From Candidatus Sumerlaeaceae bacterium (GTDB lineage Bacteria > Sumerlaeota > Sumerlaeia > Sumerlaeales > Sumerlaeaceae): a stretch of DNA of 64,000 bases. Location: the NCBI GenBank assembly GCA_049968255.1, contig JBMFRB010000002.1:64001-128000 (forward strand). Direction: 5' to 3'. Position numbers and translations under genes: made by a program. This document shows positions 18,439 through 27,930 of the stretch, in pieces (the first letter of the stretch is position 1; every line of letters starts with the position of its first letter). The notes under the pieces were generated by a model. The model searched no databases and was not told the DNA's origin. It was given only the letters and a program-made list of their open reading frames with translations.

Positions 18439-20211
18439 CTATTTGAAAAACATAATGGCCGAAAGGGTCAACCCTGAGATCACAAGGACAAGGCTATAGA
18501 AAAAGAGTTTGAAGAGCAACGCATTGATGTCGAGCTTGAGGTAGCCGCAAATCCATACATTCTGAGTAGTGGTCGGGTCCTGGAGCATTGTAACGGACTG
18601 AATAGCTCCCATCGTGGCCGGTGCAGGCATGAAGTTAGCCAGAATTCTGGCCACCCCCACGCCCAACCCCCACTCATTCAACGGTCCGCGATACAGCGAT
18701 AGTGGCGACAGTAAAAAGAAAAAGATCACGTAGGGGAGCGGCTTCGTGGGGATGAATCCAGCAATGAGCGGGCTGATAAGAGCCTCTACCGTCGGATGCA
18801 TTGCCGCTGTGACAAGCATACCGATCCCCATAAGCAGAATAATCGGCGCTGCAACATCGCCCACCCCCTCCATCATAGCCCGACTTAGTCGCTGCATGGC
18901 TCGCTCGCGTGGCGTCGTCAAAAAGCCGTAGGCCAAGGCCGCCATGAAGGCCGGGCCATACGCATCACCGAAACCCAGAACAAGAATAAAGAGCAAAGGA
19001 AGCGCCGGCGTGAGAAGATTGAATTCGCGAATGAGTCTGCGTTGCCACCTATATTCCAACTGCGCCCAAACCACAAAACCAAGGATTAGGGTCCACAGCA
19101 GTGCGCGAACGACTTTTCCCACAAAGATAAGTAGCGGTTCTGCTGTTTGCACGAGCGCTAACCCATTATTGCCCAGTGTTTTCAGTACCCAACCCAGCGA
19201 TGACACGCCCGACGGTTCAGAAGATAGTTTGTCGCCCACCAGAAGCGCATAACGCGACAAGTCAGGCAAACTCACAATCACACCTATTGCAACACTAGCT
19301 CCGAGGAGCAGACAAACGGAGCGAATCACCGTGAAAAAGCGCACTTGCGAGCGTTTCATGCGAAGAAATTCCACGCTAAGAAAGACGACAAGGACCACCG
19401 CTTGAATTGCAGCCCAAATCAGCGAATAGGTCATGACGACACTTGTTTCCACGCCAAACTGTTCTGCCCTTATTTTCCAAGCGGCTGGGCTAAGTGACAG
19501 ACCAATCGGAAAAGCCAAAAGCATCATTCCCCCTACTGTTGCCGGTGGTACTCCGAGCGAGAGCAGCACCGGAAACATGACTGTCCCCACCATGATAATT
19601 GCCGGCAAACCGCCTATTGCTGTGAAAATCAGCACGATAATTCCGCTCATGAACAACGCCACGATAAACGGATTTTCGCCCCCGTACTCAGCTGCGTACT
19701 TAACTAGACGCTCAGCAATTTTTGCATCCTGAATGAAACGCGCAAACATTCCACCAAGGATACTATAGATAATGGCCTTGTAGAGCATGAAGGCCCCACT
19801 TTTCCCCCCGCCTTCGAGTATCCCCGCGAGAACCCCTTTTTCGCCGAAAAGCGGAATGCCAGCAATCACACCGATGCCAAGTGCCATAAGCGGTAGCGCG
19901 ATCATTGCCGGCAGTTTACGAGTAGCGATTAGTACCGCGATAATCACAAAAATGATGAGGATACCGATTCCTCGGGCGTACATGGCCATGGTTAGAGGTG
20001 TGGGAGAAGATGCTGTAGCCGCGCCACTCGCAGCGGGCGTTCCAGACACCGAGTTTGTCGTGGTGGCCGAGGGGTTCGCTTGCGTTGGGACCCGAGTATC
20101 AGAAACTTTCTTTTCCGTTTGTTCATGTGGGGCTGGCTGGGCCTGAGCACTGCTTGTGAGGTGCAACAAGGCCAGCGCTATCAAGATGGCCGCCACGAGC
20201 CGGCCAGCCAT
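18439..20211 (-). CDS. Ion transporter superfamily permease (GntP/CitM-like), substrate unknown
   Basis: Signal-like N-terminus, S/T/P-rich linker, many TM helices, IAERLVKYAAEYGG, PLSLYRGPLN, DPTTTQNVW. Confidence 0.7.
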   Translation of the reverse strand: MAGRLVAAILIALALLHLTSSAQAQPAPHEQTEKKVSDTRVPTQANPSATTTNSVSGTPAASGAATASSPTPLTMAMYARGIGILIIFVIIAVLIATRKLPAMIALPLMALGIGVIAGIPLFGEKGVLAGILEGGGKSGAFMLYKAIIYSILGGMFARFIQDAKIAERLVKYAAEYGGENPFIVALFMSGIIVLIFTAIGGLPAIIMVGTVMFPVLLSLGVPPATVGGMMLLAFPIGLSLSPAAWKIRAEQFGVETSVVMTYSLIWAAIQAVVLVVFLSVEFLRMKRSQVRFFTVIRSVCLLLGASVAIGVIVSLPDLSRYALLVGDKLSSEPSGVSSLGWVLKTLGNNGLALVQTAEPLLIFVGKVVRALLWTLILGFVVWAQLEYRWQRRLIREFNLLTPALPLLFILVLGFGDAYGPAFMAALAYGFLTTPRERAMQRLSRAMMEGVGDVAAPIILLMGIGMLVTAAMHPTVEALISPLIAGFIPTKPLPYVIFFFLLSPLSLYRGPLNEWGLGVGVARILANFMPAPATMGAIQSVTMLQDPTTTQNVWICGYLKLDINALLFKLFFYSLVLVISGLTLSAIMFFK

Positions 20212-20268
20212 GGTGCGAAAAAGACTCGATTGTACACAAGCCATCACGGCAATTTCGCTCCTAAAATT

Positions 20269-20811
20269 TCATTCGGAAATTCTCAGTTGCCGATAAATCC
20301 CTCTCAGCTCGCACCGAAGTTCAAGAAAGAATTTGCGAGCTGTCTCCAACCGGTAGTCCGGATAGGTCCACGGCCATGGCTCAAATCCCTGACTTCGCCT
20401 GTAGACCAGGGTCACTTCCTCGTAAATGCCAGTCCCCACGTAGAGGCGATGTGCATGATCTTTTGTGGTGGCCAGCACAACCTTTGATAGGCTCACGTAG
20501 CCCGGATCTATGTTCACTCTCCTTTTGCCCTCGTGGGCAAAGAGAAGCTCCAGACGATTCGTGTGGCGTTTGACTTCGACGAGCTTAGCCGGTGGAATGA
20601 GCTTTTCCGTCGCAATCCACTGTCGCAAGAGCCCGGGTCCCATTTCGTCTTCATAATAGCCGGTGAGATTGAACGGGATAAGCGCAGACTCATGGGAAAT
20701 GTGGGAAAAATCGTGGGCTAAACGTCGCCGCGCTCGCTCAAGCCAGTATTCGTCAGATGCGATTAGACCGAAAAACAATTTTACCGGTGGTGCTTTGCGT
20801 TCGGTTCCCAT
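20269..20811 (-). CDS. DUF4416 family protein
   Basis: YYEDEMG, RRVNIDPGY, LATTK..HR.Y, WTYPDY. Confidence 0.85.
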   Translation of the reverse strand: MGTERKAPPVKLFFGLIASDEYWLERARRRLAHDFSHISHESALIPFNLTGYYEDEMGPGLLRQWIATEKLIPPAKLVEVKRHTNRLELLFAHEGKRRVNIDPGYVSLSKVVLATTKDHAHRLYVGTGIYEEVTLVYRRSQGFEPWPWTYPDYRLETARKFFLELRCELRGIYRQLRISE

Positions 20812-20812
20812 G

Positions 20813-22240
20813 TTACACCCCTCGCATGTCTAGTGTGAGAAGGTGAATCGTAACGTAAACCCCAAGCCCCAGGTACCATGCCACGAGCAACCATTTCTGT
20901 GGACGTTCAACTGTGCCGCACCCCGCAAACACAAAGACCAACACATCGAGATAGAGCCGCTGACGTGGAGCTGCCCCGCCATAAGCCAATATCAGAATGA
21001 TCGCGCTGGCGAACCAGGCAATGAGTGGGATCACTGCCAACACAATATTATGACGTGCCAGTCGAGTGATTCCAATGACAGCGAGGGGATAACCAACAAG
21101 GTAGAGCCACCACATTCCTGGATACAACTCGTACATGGGATTTTCGACCCGCGCTCGGACCCACGCATACGGAGAAAGGAGCAGGCGTGGGAAGCCTCCA
21201 AGGACGTAAAGTAGCCCCTCGCGTGGCGTTCGAACTGAATCTGGCAAAAGCTCCCCTAAGCTGTAGAGCAACTGACGTTCAAACGCGGCCCATCGCTCGT
21301 CATAGCTAGCCAGCAAAAGGAGAAACCCAAGAATGGCAAGTCCTTGCAAGCTTTGTCGGTGCGGCAGTTTGGCGAGCAGGTATACGGCAGTCCCGGCTAA
21401 CACTGCAAGTGCCGAATAGGCTCGGAAAACCCCAAGCGCGACCAAGCTCGCGGCCAGGTACAGGAGGTGCTCTGGCCGATGGCGATAGGCAAAATCTAGT
21501 GCGCCAGCAATGGCCGCGGCAAAGATCAGTGCGAGAACAACGTCTTTCAGCAGCCAGGAAGCCCAGTACCCGATACTCGGATAAAGCGCAACCAGCCATG
21601 TTCCACGCAAAGCGCCCTTGCTCGCAAGTTCTGAAGGAGAATGGGTTTTCAGCAGTGTCAAAACGGCACTATAAACGAAGAGTGGTAAAAGGGAAGCCGC
21701 AATAAAGTTGAGTAAAATTCCAAACCGATAGTCTGCCCTCAAAAGGTAAAAAGCACCAGCTAAAAGTCTTTGATAGCCAGTGTGGAGACTACCGATATAG
21801 TACGGCGTGCTACCTTTTGAGGAAAGAGAGGGAAAGAGGCCGGATTTCCATGCTTCGGCAATTGCCTTGCCTTGAACGAGATAAGTGGCATCGTCGAGAG
21901 ACAAGGGGCAAGTTTCCGGGTTATGGAACCCAGCGATCCAAGCGCTCGCCACCGTGATCACGAGCGACACCGCACAAGCGGCACCGAGCCGCATGCGGAC
22001 GGACTTACGCGCTTCGGCGAGAATTTGGATTCCGTGTCCAATGACTGCGACGGGAATAAGCACCCATGGTAGGGCGGGAAAAAAGCATCCTAACGCCAAT
22101 GACCCCACCACCGCCGCTAACCATGTAAGAAAGACAGGGTTCTCCTTGAGCTCCCTCAACCATGCCGCAGTTCTCAAAGACAAGCGCTGACTCACATTCG
22201 TAGTCCGTATTGCCGGGCATTGTCCCGACAGGGCTAACAT
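20813..22240 (-). CDS. Polytopic membrane protein (GT-C/polymerase-like)
   Basis: About 12 hydrophobic segments, DD motif after the early TM helices (SLDDATY), LLKD. Confidence 0.6.
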   Translation of the reverse strand: MLALSGQCPAIRTTNVSQRLSLRTAAWLRELKENPVFLTWLAAVVGSLALGCFFPALPWVLIPVAVIGHGIQILAEARKSVRMRLGAACAVSLVITVASAWIAGFHNPETCPLSLDDATYLVQGKAIAEAWKSGLFPSLSSKGSTPYYIGSLHTGYQRLLAGAFYLLRADYRFGILLNFIAASLLPLFVYSAVLTLLKTHSPSELASKGALRGTWLVALYPSIGYWASWLLKDVVLALIFAAAIAGALDFAYRHRPEHLLYLAASLVALGVFRAYSALAVLAGTAVYLLAKLPHRQSLQGLAILGFLLLLASYDERWAAFERQLLYSLGELLPDSVRTPREGLLYVLGGFPRLLLSPYAWVRARVENPMYELYPGMWWLYLVGYPLAVIGITRLARHNIVLAVIPLIAWFASAIILILAYGGAAPRQRLYLDVLVFVFAGCGTVERPQKWLLVAWYLGLGVYVTIHLLTLDMRGV

Positions 22241-22270
22241 TGTTCATCGAAAAGTTTTGCCTGCAATTTC

Positions 22271-22306
22271 AAAAAGAGGAGGGCGATGCACTACTTCGCA
22301 TCGCCC
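22271..22306 (-). terminator. Probable intrinsic terminator after carD
   Basis: Stem GGGCGATGC (22281-22289) / GCATCGCCC (22298-22306), followed on the minus strand by TCCTCTTTTT. Confidence 0.6.
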
Positions 22307-22335
22307 CGGGAAAAACTCGTTGTGCAGCGAAGAGT

Positions 22336-22878
22336 CTACTTTTTCTTTGCGGCTTTCTTCTTTTCTTCGCGTTCCTTTTGCGCCTTCTTCTTGAACATTT
22401 GGCGAAGTGCTTCTTCAATTTCCTCTGCAACTTTTGTGCGCGATTCGTTGCGTACGAAGCAGATCTCATCCGTCAAAAATTTCTTCGCGAGCTCCATTAT
22501 TTCGCGTTCTTTTCCCTTTAGCGCATTGTTTTGGTCAAGAATGTAAAGGTCGCGGATGAGCTTACTGATCTTGCTTGGATCGCCTGTGTTCAAAATTTCC
22601 CGATATTTTGTGTATTGGGTATGAGGTGTTTCGCGGTCTGGCGACGTTGGTTGCTTGAGGCTTTGGATGACTTTCTTGGTCTCTTCCTTTGTCATCGGCA
22701 GCCTGACCCCGCGTTTTTCAATTTGGTGTTTGGGCACAAGCACCGTGGCATTGTTCGGTCCAGCGAAAACGTAAAAATCCATTTCCTTGCCGTCCACGCT
22801 CATCCGACGAATTCCTTGGATTTCACAAATGCCGATGGTGGGCTCGACTACTTTGTCACCGGTTTTGAACTGTTCCAT
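22336..22878 (-). CDS. carD: CarD/CdnL family transcription factor
   Basis: FKTGDKVV.P..G, VLVP, GVR, TGD....IRDL, L..EI; Lys-rich tail. Confidence 0.85.
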   Translation of the reverse strand: MEQFKTGDKVVEPTIGICEIQGIRRMSVDGKEMDFYVFAGPNNATVLVPKHQIEKRGVRLPMTKEETKKVIQSLKQPTSPDRETPHTQYTKYREILNTGDPSKISKLIRDLYILDQNNALKGKEREIMELAKKFLTDEICFVRNESRTKVAEEIEEALRQMFKKKAQKEREEKKKAAKKK

Positions 22879-22893
22879 ATTCCTAGCTACCTT

Positions 22894-23280
22894 TCAGATT
22901 TGATTCTCGTTGGGCTGCCAAGCAACCAGCGGGGCGTCTCCCCACAGACGTTCCAGGTCGTAAAATCGTCGTGTCTCGTCCATCATCGCGTGCGCAATAA
23001 CACTGCCGTAGTCAAACACAATCCAATTTGTGGAGTGCCGCCCATCAACGCGTTCCACTTCAACCCCTTCCTTGGAAAGCTCTTCGTCCAACCGCTTTCC
23101 GATAGAGCGCAAATGCGTCTGACTTGTGCCAGTAAAAATGACAAAAAAATCAGCCACAGATGACAAACCACGGACGTCGAGAACGACAATGTTCTCAGCC
23201 TTGGCGGCATCAGCTGTTTGCGCGATCCGCACTGCTTTGCTTAGAGAATCTAGTTCTAGCTTCGTCTTCTTCGTCGTCAT
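22894..23280 (-). CDS. rsfS: Ribosome silencing factor
   Basis: KAENIVVLDV, ADFFVI.TG, WIVFDYG, R.FYDLERLW. Confidence 0.95.
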   Translation of the reverse strand: MTTKKTKLELDSLSKAVRIAQTADAAKAENIVVLDVRGLSSVADFFVIFTGTSQTHLRSIGKRLDEELSKEGVEVERVDGRHSTNWIVFDYGSVIAHAMMDETRRFYDLERLWGDAPLVAWQPNENQI

Positions 23281-23864
23281 AGGGCCGAGTGTCGTGTTTC
23301 GAGACTCATCACTGCCTCTTTTGTAGCCCAATGGAGTTTTCGACCTGTCATTTCCACATAAGCAATTTTACTGCGCAGCAGCGCTCTTACGCCAGCCACA
23401 AGGTCCTTGCGCACGAGCGAGCGAATTTCTTCTACGCCAGGGAAATCTCGAGTAGGTTCGCAGTAGTCCGCTGCCAACAACAGTAGCAGGGTTGGCGATG
23501 GATCAGGTTTTCCGGTAGGGTGCCAAGCGATCGCCTCAATCACCTCCGGATCATCCACACCGAACTCCCGATAAGCTCGCCAAGCTCCTGCCGGAGCATG
23601 CCACAACTGAGGCATTCCATCCTGCAGATAGGGATGAGACCCAAATTGCGTCGAGTAGCACTGGGCATACTCTTCTGACCCCGTATGCTTTGCGCAATCG
23701 TGAAGCAACGCCGCCAGCACCCCGCGCCATGCATTCAATGAGTGCAATTGCGCCAACACCGTAGCCGTCTGCACGACTCCCAACGTGTGCAAGAATCTTT
23801 TCGGTTCCAGCTGGTCCGCAAGTTTATTTGTAATTTCTGTAAGTAGCTCTGGTGACCACCTCAT
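23277..23864 (-). CDS. yqeK: YqeK-type HD hydrolase (Ap4A hydrolase)
   Basis: RFLHTLGV, LLHDCAK, WHAPAGA, ADYCEP.R; upstream of rsfS. Confidence 0.9.
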   Translation of the reverse strand: MRWSPELLTEITNKLADQLEPKRFLHTLGVVQTATVLAQLHSLNAWRGVLAALLHDCAKHTGSEEYAQCYSTQFGSHPYLQDGMPQLWHAPAGAWRAYREFGVDDPEVIEAIAWHPTGKPDPSPTLLLLLAADYCEPTRDFPGVEEIRSLVRKDLVAGVRALLRSKIAYVEMTGRKLHWATKEAVMSLETRHSAL

Positions 23865-24007
23865 GCCAAAGAACCGTGGGGGAGTCGCATTTCGCACTCT
23901 GATCATACAAAGTTTGTACCTATTATATTTTGCTAACGCCTAGGTAACAGTGGTAAGAGTGCAAGTTGAAGGACGGAATAAATGTCGCCCAATTCCTTTG
24001 TTTCTCT

Positions 24008-24035
24008 GAAATAGGAACTTCGAAATAGGAACTTC
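24008..24035. repeat. Perfect 14-bp tandem direct repeat (GAAATAGGAACTTC x2)
   Basis: 24008-24021 and 24022-24035 are identical. Confidence 0.95.
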
Positions 24036-26179
24036 TAAGCGCGGTGCCACCTCAAGGTGAGTTCCTCGTCTGCTTCACCGAGAGGTATGCGAATCAATGC
24101 GCGTGTGCCACCCGCCGGCGTCGAGGAGAACTGGAGCGTCGCACCATGTTCTCGAAAGATCGCATTGGCAACGGGTATTCCCAGTCCAAGCGCGTTTCGT
24201 TCGGAGTGCGTCGTGTAGTAGGGCTCGTAGATGCGTGCGATTTCAGACGGTTGCATGCCATGACCATTGTCTTCAATGACCAACTCAACGAGCAGTCCTT
24301 CGCGGCGAGCACTGAAGCGCAAGTGTCCTCCCTCCGGCATGGCTTCCACGGAATTGGCTAGCAGTTCGGTCAAAGCGTAAAGGAATAATTCTTCGTCCAC
24401 AAAAACCTCGATCTCGTCGGGAATCGTGTTTTCGACGGTGATTGACGGGCTCACCGAGGATTTGCGGTTGTCGGCATCGTGCGCAAGTGCGAAAGCTCGG
24501 CGCAGCAAGACAGCTAAAGGTTGGGAAGTGTGCCTCGGATGTTCCAGATGCTCGCTTAGTTGCACTAATTTCTGACGCAGTGCTTCACAACGCGAAGCCC
24601 TAGACTCCGGCGCAAGATATCCGGTGTTTTTGAGGTCTTCCTGCTGCTCAACCACCCAAGAGAGTTCATCGAGAATCATTTTAGCCAGTTCCCCCAACGT
24701 GGCCAGGCGTTCACGCTGGCGCAGACGTCGTCTCATTTGCCCAACTTCCATGCGCATCTTTGCTAGGTCGCGCTCGAACGTTGTCCAATAGAGAACAAGA
24801 CGTAGCGTTTCACCCAACATCAGATCGCTTGTTGAGCGGTCGATGTAAAAGTCCGCGTCCTTTATTGGCGAGCTTGTGCCAGGCACGCCATTGCTTTCGA
24901 TCACGCGGCCGACAGCAACGCGATGCTTGTGAAGGCGAGCGGTCAGTTGACGAACAAAATCCGGGCTTGCCAGATCCTCGGCACGGTCCACGAGTGCAAC
25001 GTCCGGTTCAAGAGCTTCTAGGGCCCCAAAGAACTCCTGAGACTTTTCGAAAACAAGCAGGATATACTTGTTGCGATTTGCCAGCTGTGCGACGCGTTGG
25101 ACAAAACTATTGTCCGTCGAACACAGTGCGATAACCGGCTCCGCATGTTTTAGCGGGCTCTGCTTGTGCCCGAAAGGCTCGAAATCCAACATCGACAGAT
25201 GCGCGTGCGCACTGGCCACGCGGTTCCTGCCGTTTTCTTTGGCGAAGTACAAGGCTCGATCACTCAATTGCAAAAGGTGTTCAGCCCCTCTGCCCATCTC
25301 TGCGCTTGTGGACGCAAGACCGATGCTTACGGTCACAAGGACCTGAAAATCACCCCTACGAAATGAGCGCTCTTCCACGGCTAGGCGGATTTTTTCAGCA
25401 AGCCGCAACGCCCCTTCCTCATCGGTCGCGGGCAGCACGAAGAGAAATTCCTCGCCGCCATAACGCCCGACGATATCCGTGGCTCGGACCTGATTCCTCA
25501 GGAGAACAGCAAGCTCTTTCAAAACCCAGTCGCCAAAGCGATGTCCGTACGTATCATTCAACGCCTTGAAGTGATCAATGTCGAGCATCAGGCAGCTCAA
25601 AGGCGATTTGCTTCGGCTTGCGCGCTGGTATTCGTTGTCCAGCGCCTTTAAGACGGTCCCGTGGTTAAAAAGCCCGGTCAGGGGGTCGCGCGCGCTCGCT
25701 TGGGCAAGATTCTTGCACGACTGTGCCAGAGAGTGCATTTTCTCCGAACGCAGCAGCAGATTAGCCATTACGGCACCGCTGAGCGGCGAAGGTGGACCGC
25801 AAAAAATGTAGTCTAGGGTTCCGTCGGCGAGCATGTATGTTGGCAACAGAGATATTGGCTCTGGACACCACAGACAAATGGGAAGATGCGCAGAAGACGC
25901 ACGAAGACGCGCGATGAGAAATGATATCCGCTTCGCACACGCTTGGTCCCAAGCGAGGAGCGCAATTTTGCGCCCTGGAGCTGTTTGCACAGTCTCAAGG
26001 ATAGCCTTAGGACGTTGCGTCTTCAGATTGTAGGTGTATGGAAGAAAAGCTTCAAATGCCTGGCAAATTGGCGCGGGAACCCCGAAACAATACACGATAC
26101 CTTCCACTTGCGCAAAATGCGCCGTGGTCTCGTCATGCGCTCGGGAAAATTTAATCAAATGCTCATGCCCTCCTGTCAT
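24035..26179 (-). CDS. Diguanylate cyclase fused to a degenerate receiver and a histidine kinase-like ATPase
   Basis: DPLTGLFN, DIDHFK.LND.YGH, RATD I-site, GGEEF; C-terminal N box ANSVEAM, DNGHGM, EPYYTT, GLG. Confidence 0.88.
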   Translation of the reverse strand: MTGGHEHLIKFSRAHDETTAHFAQVEGIVYCFGVPAPICQAFEAFLPYTYNLKTQRPKAILETVQTAPGRKIALLAWDQACAKRISFLIARLRASSAHLPICLWCPEPISLLPTYMLADGTLDYIFCGPPSPLSGAVMANLLLRSEKMHSLAQSCKNLAQASARDPLTGLFNHGTVLKALDNEYQRASRSKSPLSCLMLDIDHFKALNDTYGHRFGDWVLKELAVLLRNQVRATDIVGRYGGEEFLFVLPATDEEGALRLAEKIRLAVEERSFRRGDFQVLVTVSIGLASTSAEMGRGAEHLLQLSDRALYFAKENGRNRVASAHAHLSMLDFEPFGHKQSPLKHAEPVIALCSTDNSFVQRVAQLANRNKYILLVFEKSQEFFGALEALEPDVALVDRAEDLASPDFVRQLTARLHKHRVAVGRVIESNGVPGTSSPIKDADFYIDRSTSDLMLGETLRLVLYWTTFERDLAKMRMEVGQMRRRLRQRERLATLGELAKMILDELSWVVEQQEDLKNTGYLAPESRASRCEALRQKLVQLSEHLEHPRHTSQPLAVLLRRAFALAHDADNRKSSVSPSITVENTIPDEIEVFVDEELFLYALTELLANSVEAMPEGGHLRFSARREGLLVELVIEDNGHGMQPSEIARIYEPYYTTHSERNALGLGIPVANAIFREHGATLQFSSTPAGGTRALIRIPLGEADEELTLRWHRA

Positions 26180-26284
26180 AAGTTTACCGCAACGCTGCGG
26201 ATTTCTCTATCGCAATCCGCACACGAGCGCATTATTTTCACTCGCGAGCTAATGAGCTAAGAAAGAAGTCACAAAGCGAAGAAG

Positions 26285-27253
26285 ATGGTGAACACGAGTT
26301 TCTTGGCAACGTTTGGGGCGGTAAGCGGAGTTTTTGCGCTGGGGGCTTGCGGATTTTTAGCTCGTCGCCGGGCTGTGATCACTCATCAGGGACTATCGGA
26401 ATTGTCACGCCTCTTGGTCGACTTTCTGCTGCCCGCCACGCTCTTCAATTCTATGTACTCCCAATTTGACCCACGGCGGCTCGATCAAGTTTTGCAGCCG
26501 GCGTTCGCGCAGGTCATTTTGCTCATCACGGGCACTCTTGCCATGGCCTCGTATGCACGCCTAGCGCGTTTGCGCTCGCCGCGCGGCACAGTTATCGCCT
26601 TGGCGTCTTTTCAAAACAATGTCTATCTTCCCCTTCCCATCGCGATTGCGCTCTTGCCTCATCAGGATGCAGTGCGGGCGCAATTCTATATTGGATGCTT
26701 CGTGCTCTTTTTCACCCCAACACTTTGGTCGGTTGGAGTACTTTTGCTCAGCGATCGAGCTCACCGTCATCGCCAGATCTCACGATGGCGCTTGGTCCTC
26801 AACCCGCCATTCGTGGCTGCGTTGTCGGGTTTGACTGTGAAGCTGATACTCGATGCTGTGGGCGGCACAATGCCCTCGCCCGTTGCGAATTTCCTGACGC
26901 TCATGGGAAACGGCACAGTGCCTATCGCTATGATTGTTCTGGGGGCGCTTATTGCCGAGGTCGGGTCAGTGAGAGAGGTTGAAACCAAAGCAATTTACGG
27001 GATTGCGCTCATCAAGATGTTTCTTCTGCCTCTCGGCGCCTTTGTCTTCCTCTACTTCTGGCGTGGGGGCGATCCCGTGTTTCGGGTCGTGCTGATGCTC
27101 GAAGCAGCTGCTCCGCCCGCTACTAACATTTCGCTCATTGTGCGCCGTTTTGGGGGAGAGACGGCGCTTGTCGCTTCCACGACATTCATCACCTACTTAT
27201 TGAGTGCGCTAAGTATCCCCCTGTGGCTCACCCTCTATTCACTTCTGAACTGA
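26285..27253 (+). CDS. AEC family transporter
   Basis: LLPATLF, FQNNVYLPLP, LNPPF, VPIAMIVLG, APPA. Confidence 0.88.
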   Translation: MVNTSFLATFGAVSGVFALGACGFLARRRAVITHQGLSELSRLLVDFLLPATLFNSMYSQFDPRRLDQVLQPAFAQVILLITGTLAMASYARLARLRSPRGTVIALASFQNNVYLPLPIAIALLPHQDAVRAQFYIGCFVLFFTPTLWSVGVLLLSDRAHRHRQISRWRLVLNPPFVAALSGLTVKLILDAVGGTMPSPVANFLTLMGNGTVPIAMIVLGALIAEVGSVREVETKAIYGIALIKMFLLPLGAFVFLYFWRGGDPVFRVVLMLEAAAPPATNISLIVRRFGGETALVASTTFITYLLSALSIPLWLTLYSLLN

Positions 27254-27300
27254 GTGTACTGAAGACGCGTACCTTGCGCGTCATTTATCCGTTAGGTCAT

Positions 27301-27824
27301 CGGCCTGGGGACTGTTCCTCGTAATCATCCTCTTCTTCGTAATAGAACTCTTCGTAGTCTTCACCTGCAATAAGCTTGTCCAATGAAAACGAGCCTGCGC
27401 CAGAGAAGAAGAGTCCAAGGGCGATGAGGATGAGAACGAGATGATATTCGAAGCCAGGGGCGGGGACGCCATCAATTGTGTGGTCAATCCAGAAGCCGTT
27501 CTTGCCACTCACGAAAATGATTGTCCACGCCAGGTCGAGAATCAGTGGCACCATCGCAACGCGGACAAGGAGGCCAAGTATGCAACTCACTGCCGCAACG
27601 ACTTCAGTCCAAGCTATGGCTTGGGCCAGTGTGAGCTTCCAGGTCTCGGGGATCCAGGGAATCGCGAAAAGAGAAAGAAACTGACTTGCCCAGACTTCCG
27701 GGCCAGCCCAGCCGAGGGGCTCCAGGCGCACGAGCTTGTCCAGACCATGCGGCAAAAACACCGATGCCAAAGCGATGCGACAAAACCACGCTGCACTATT
27801 GCGATGAGTTCGCAGTATGGCCAT
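27301..27824 (-). CDS. DoxX family membrane protein
   Basis: RIALASVFLPHGLDK, GFEYHLVL, GAGSFSLD; acidic tail (the ORF track gives the stop end as 27297). Confidence 0.88.
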
Positions 27825-27930
27825 AGATGGCCACTCCTCTTACAGCACAAGAGATTTGTTTATCTTCTTGAAATGCGTAACCTAAGCAACAGCGAGCATG
27901 AGCAACGCGCAAGCCAGAAAAAACATTTCC

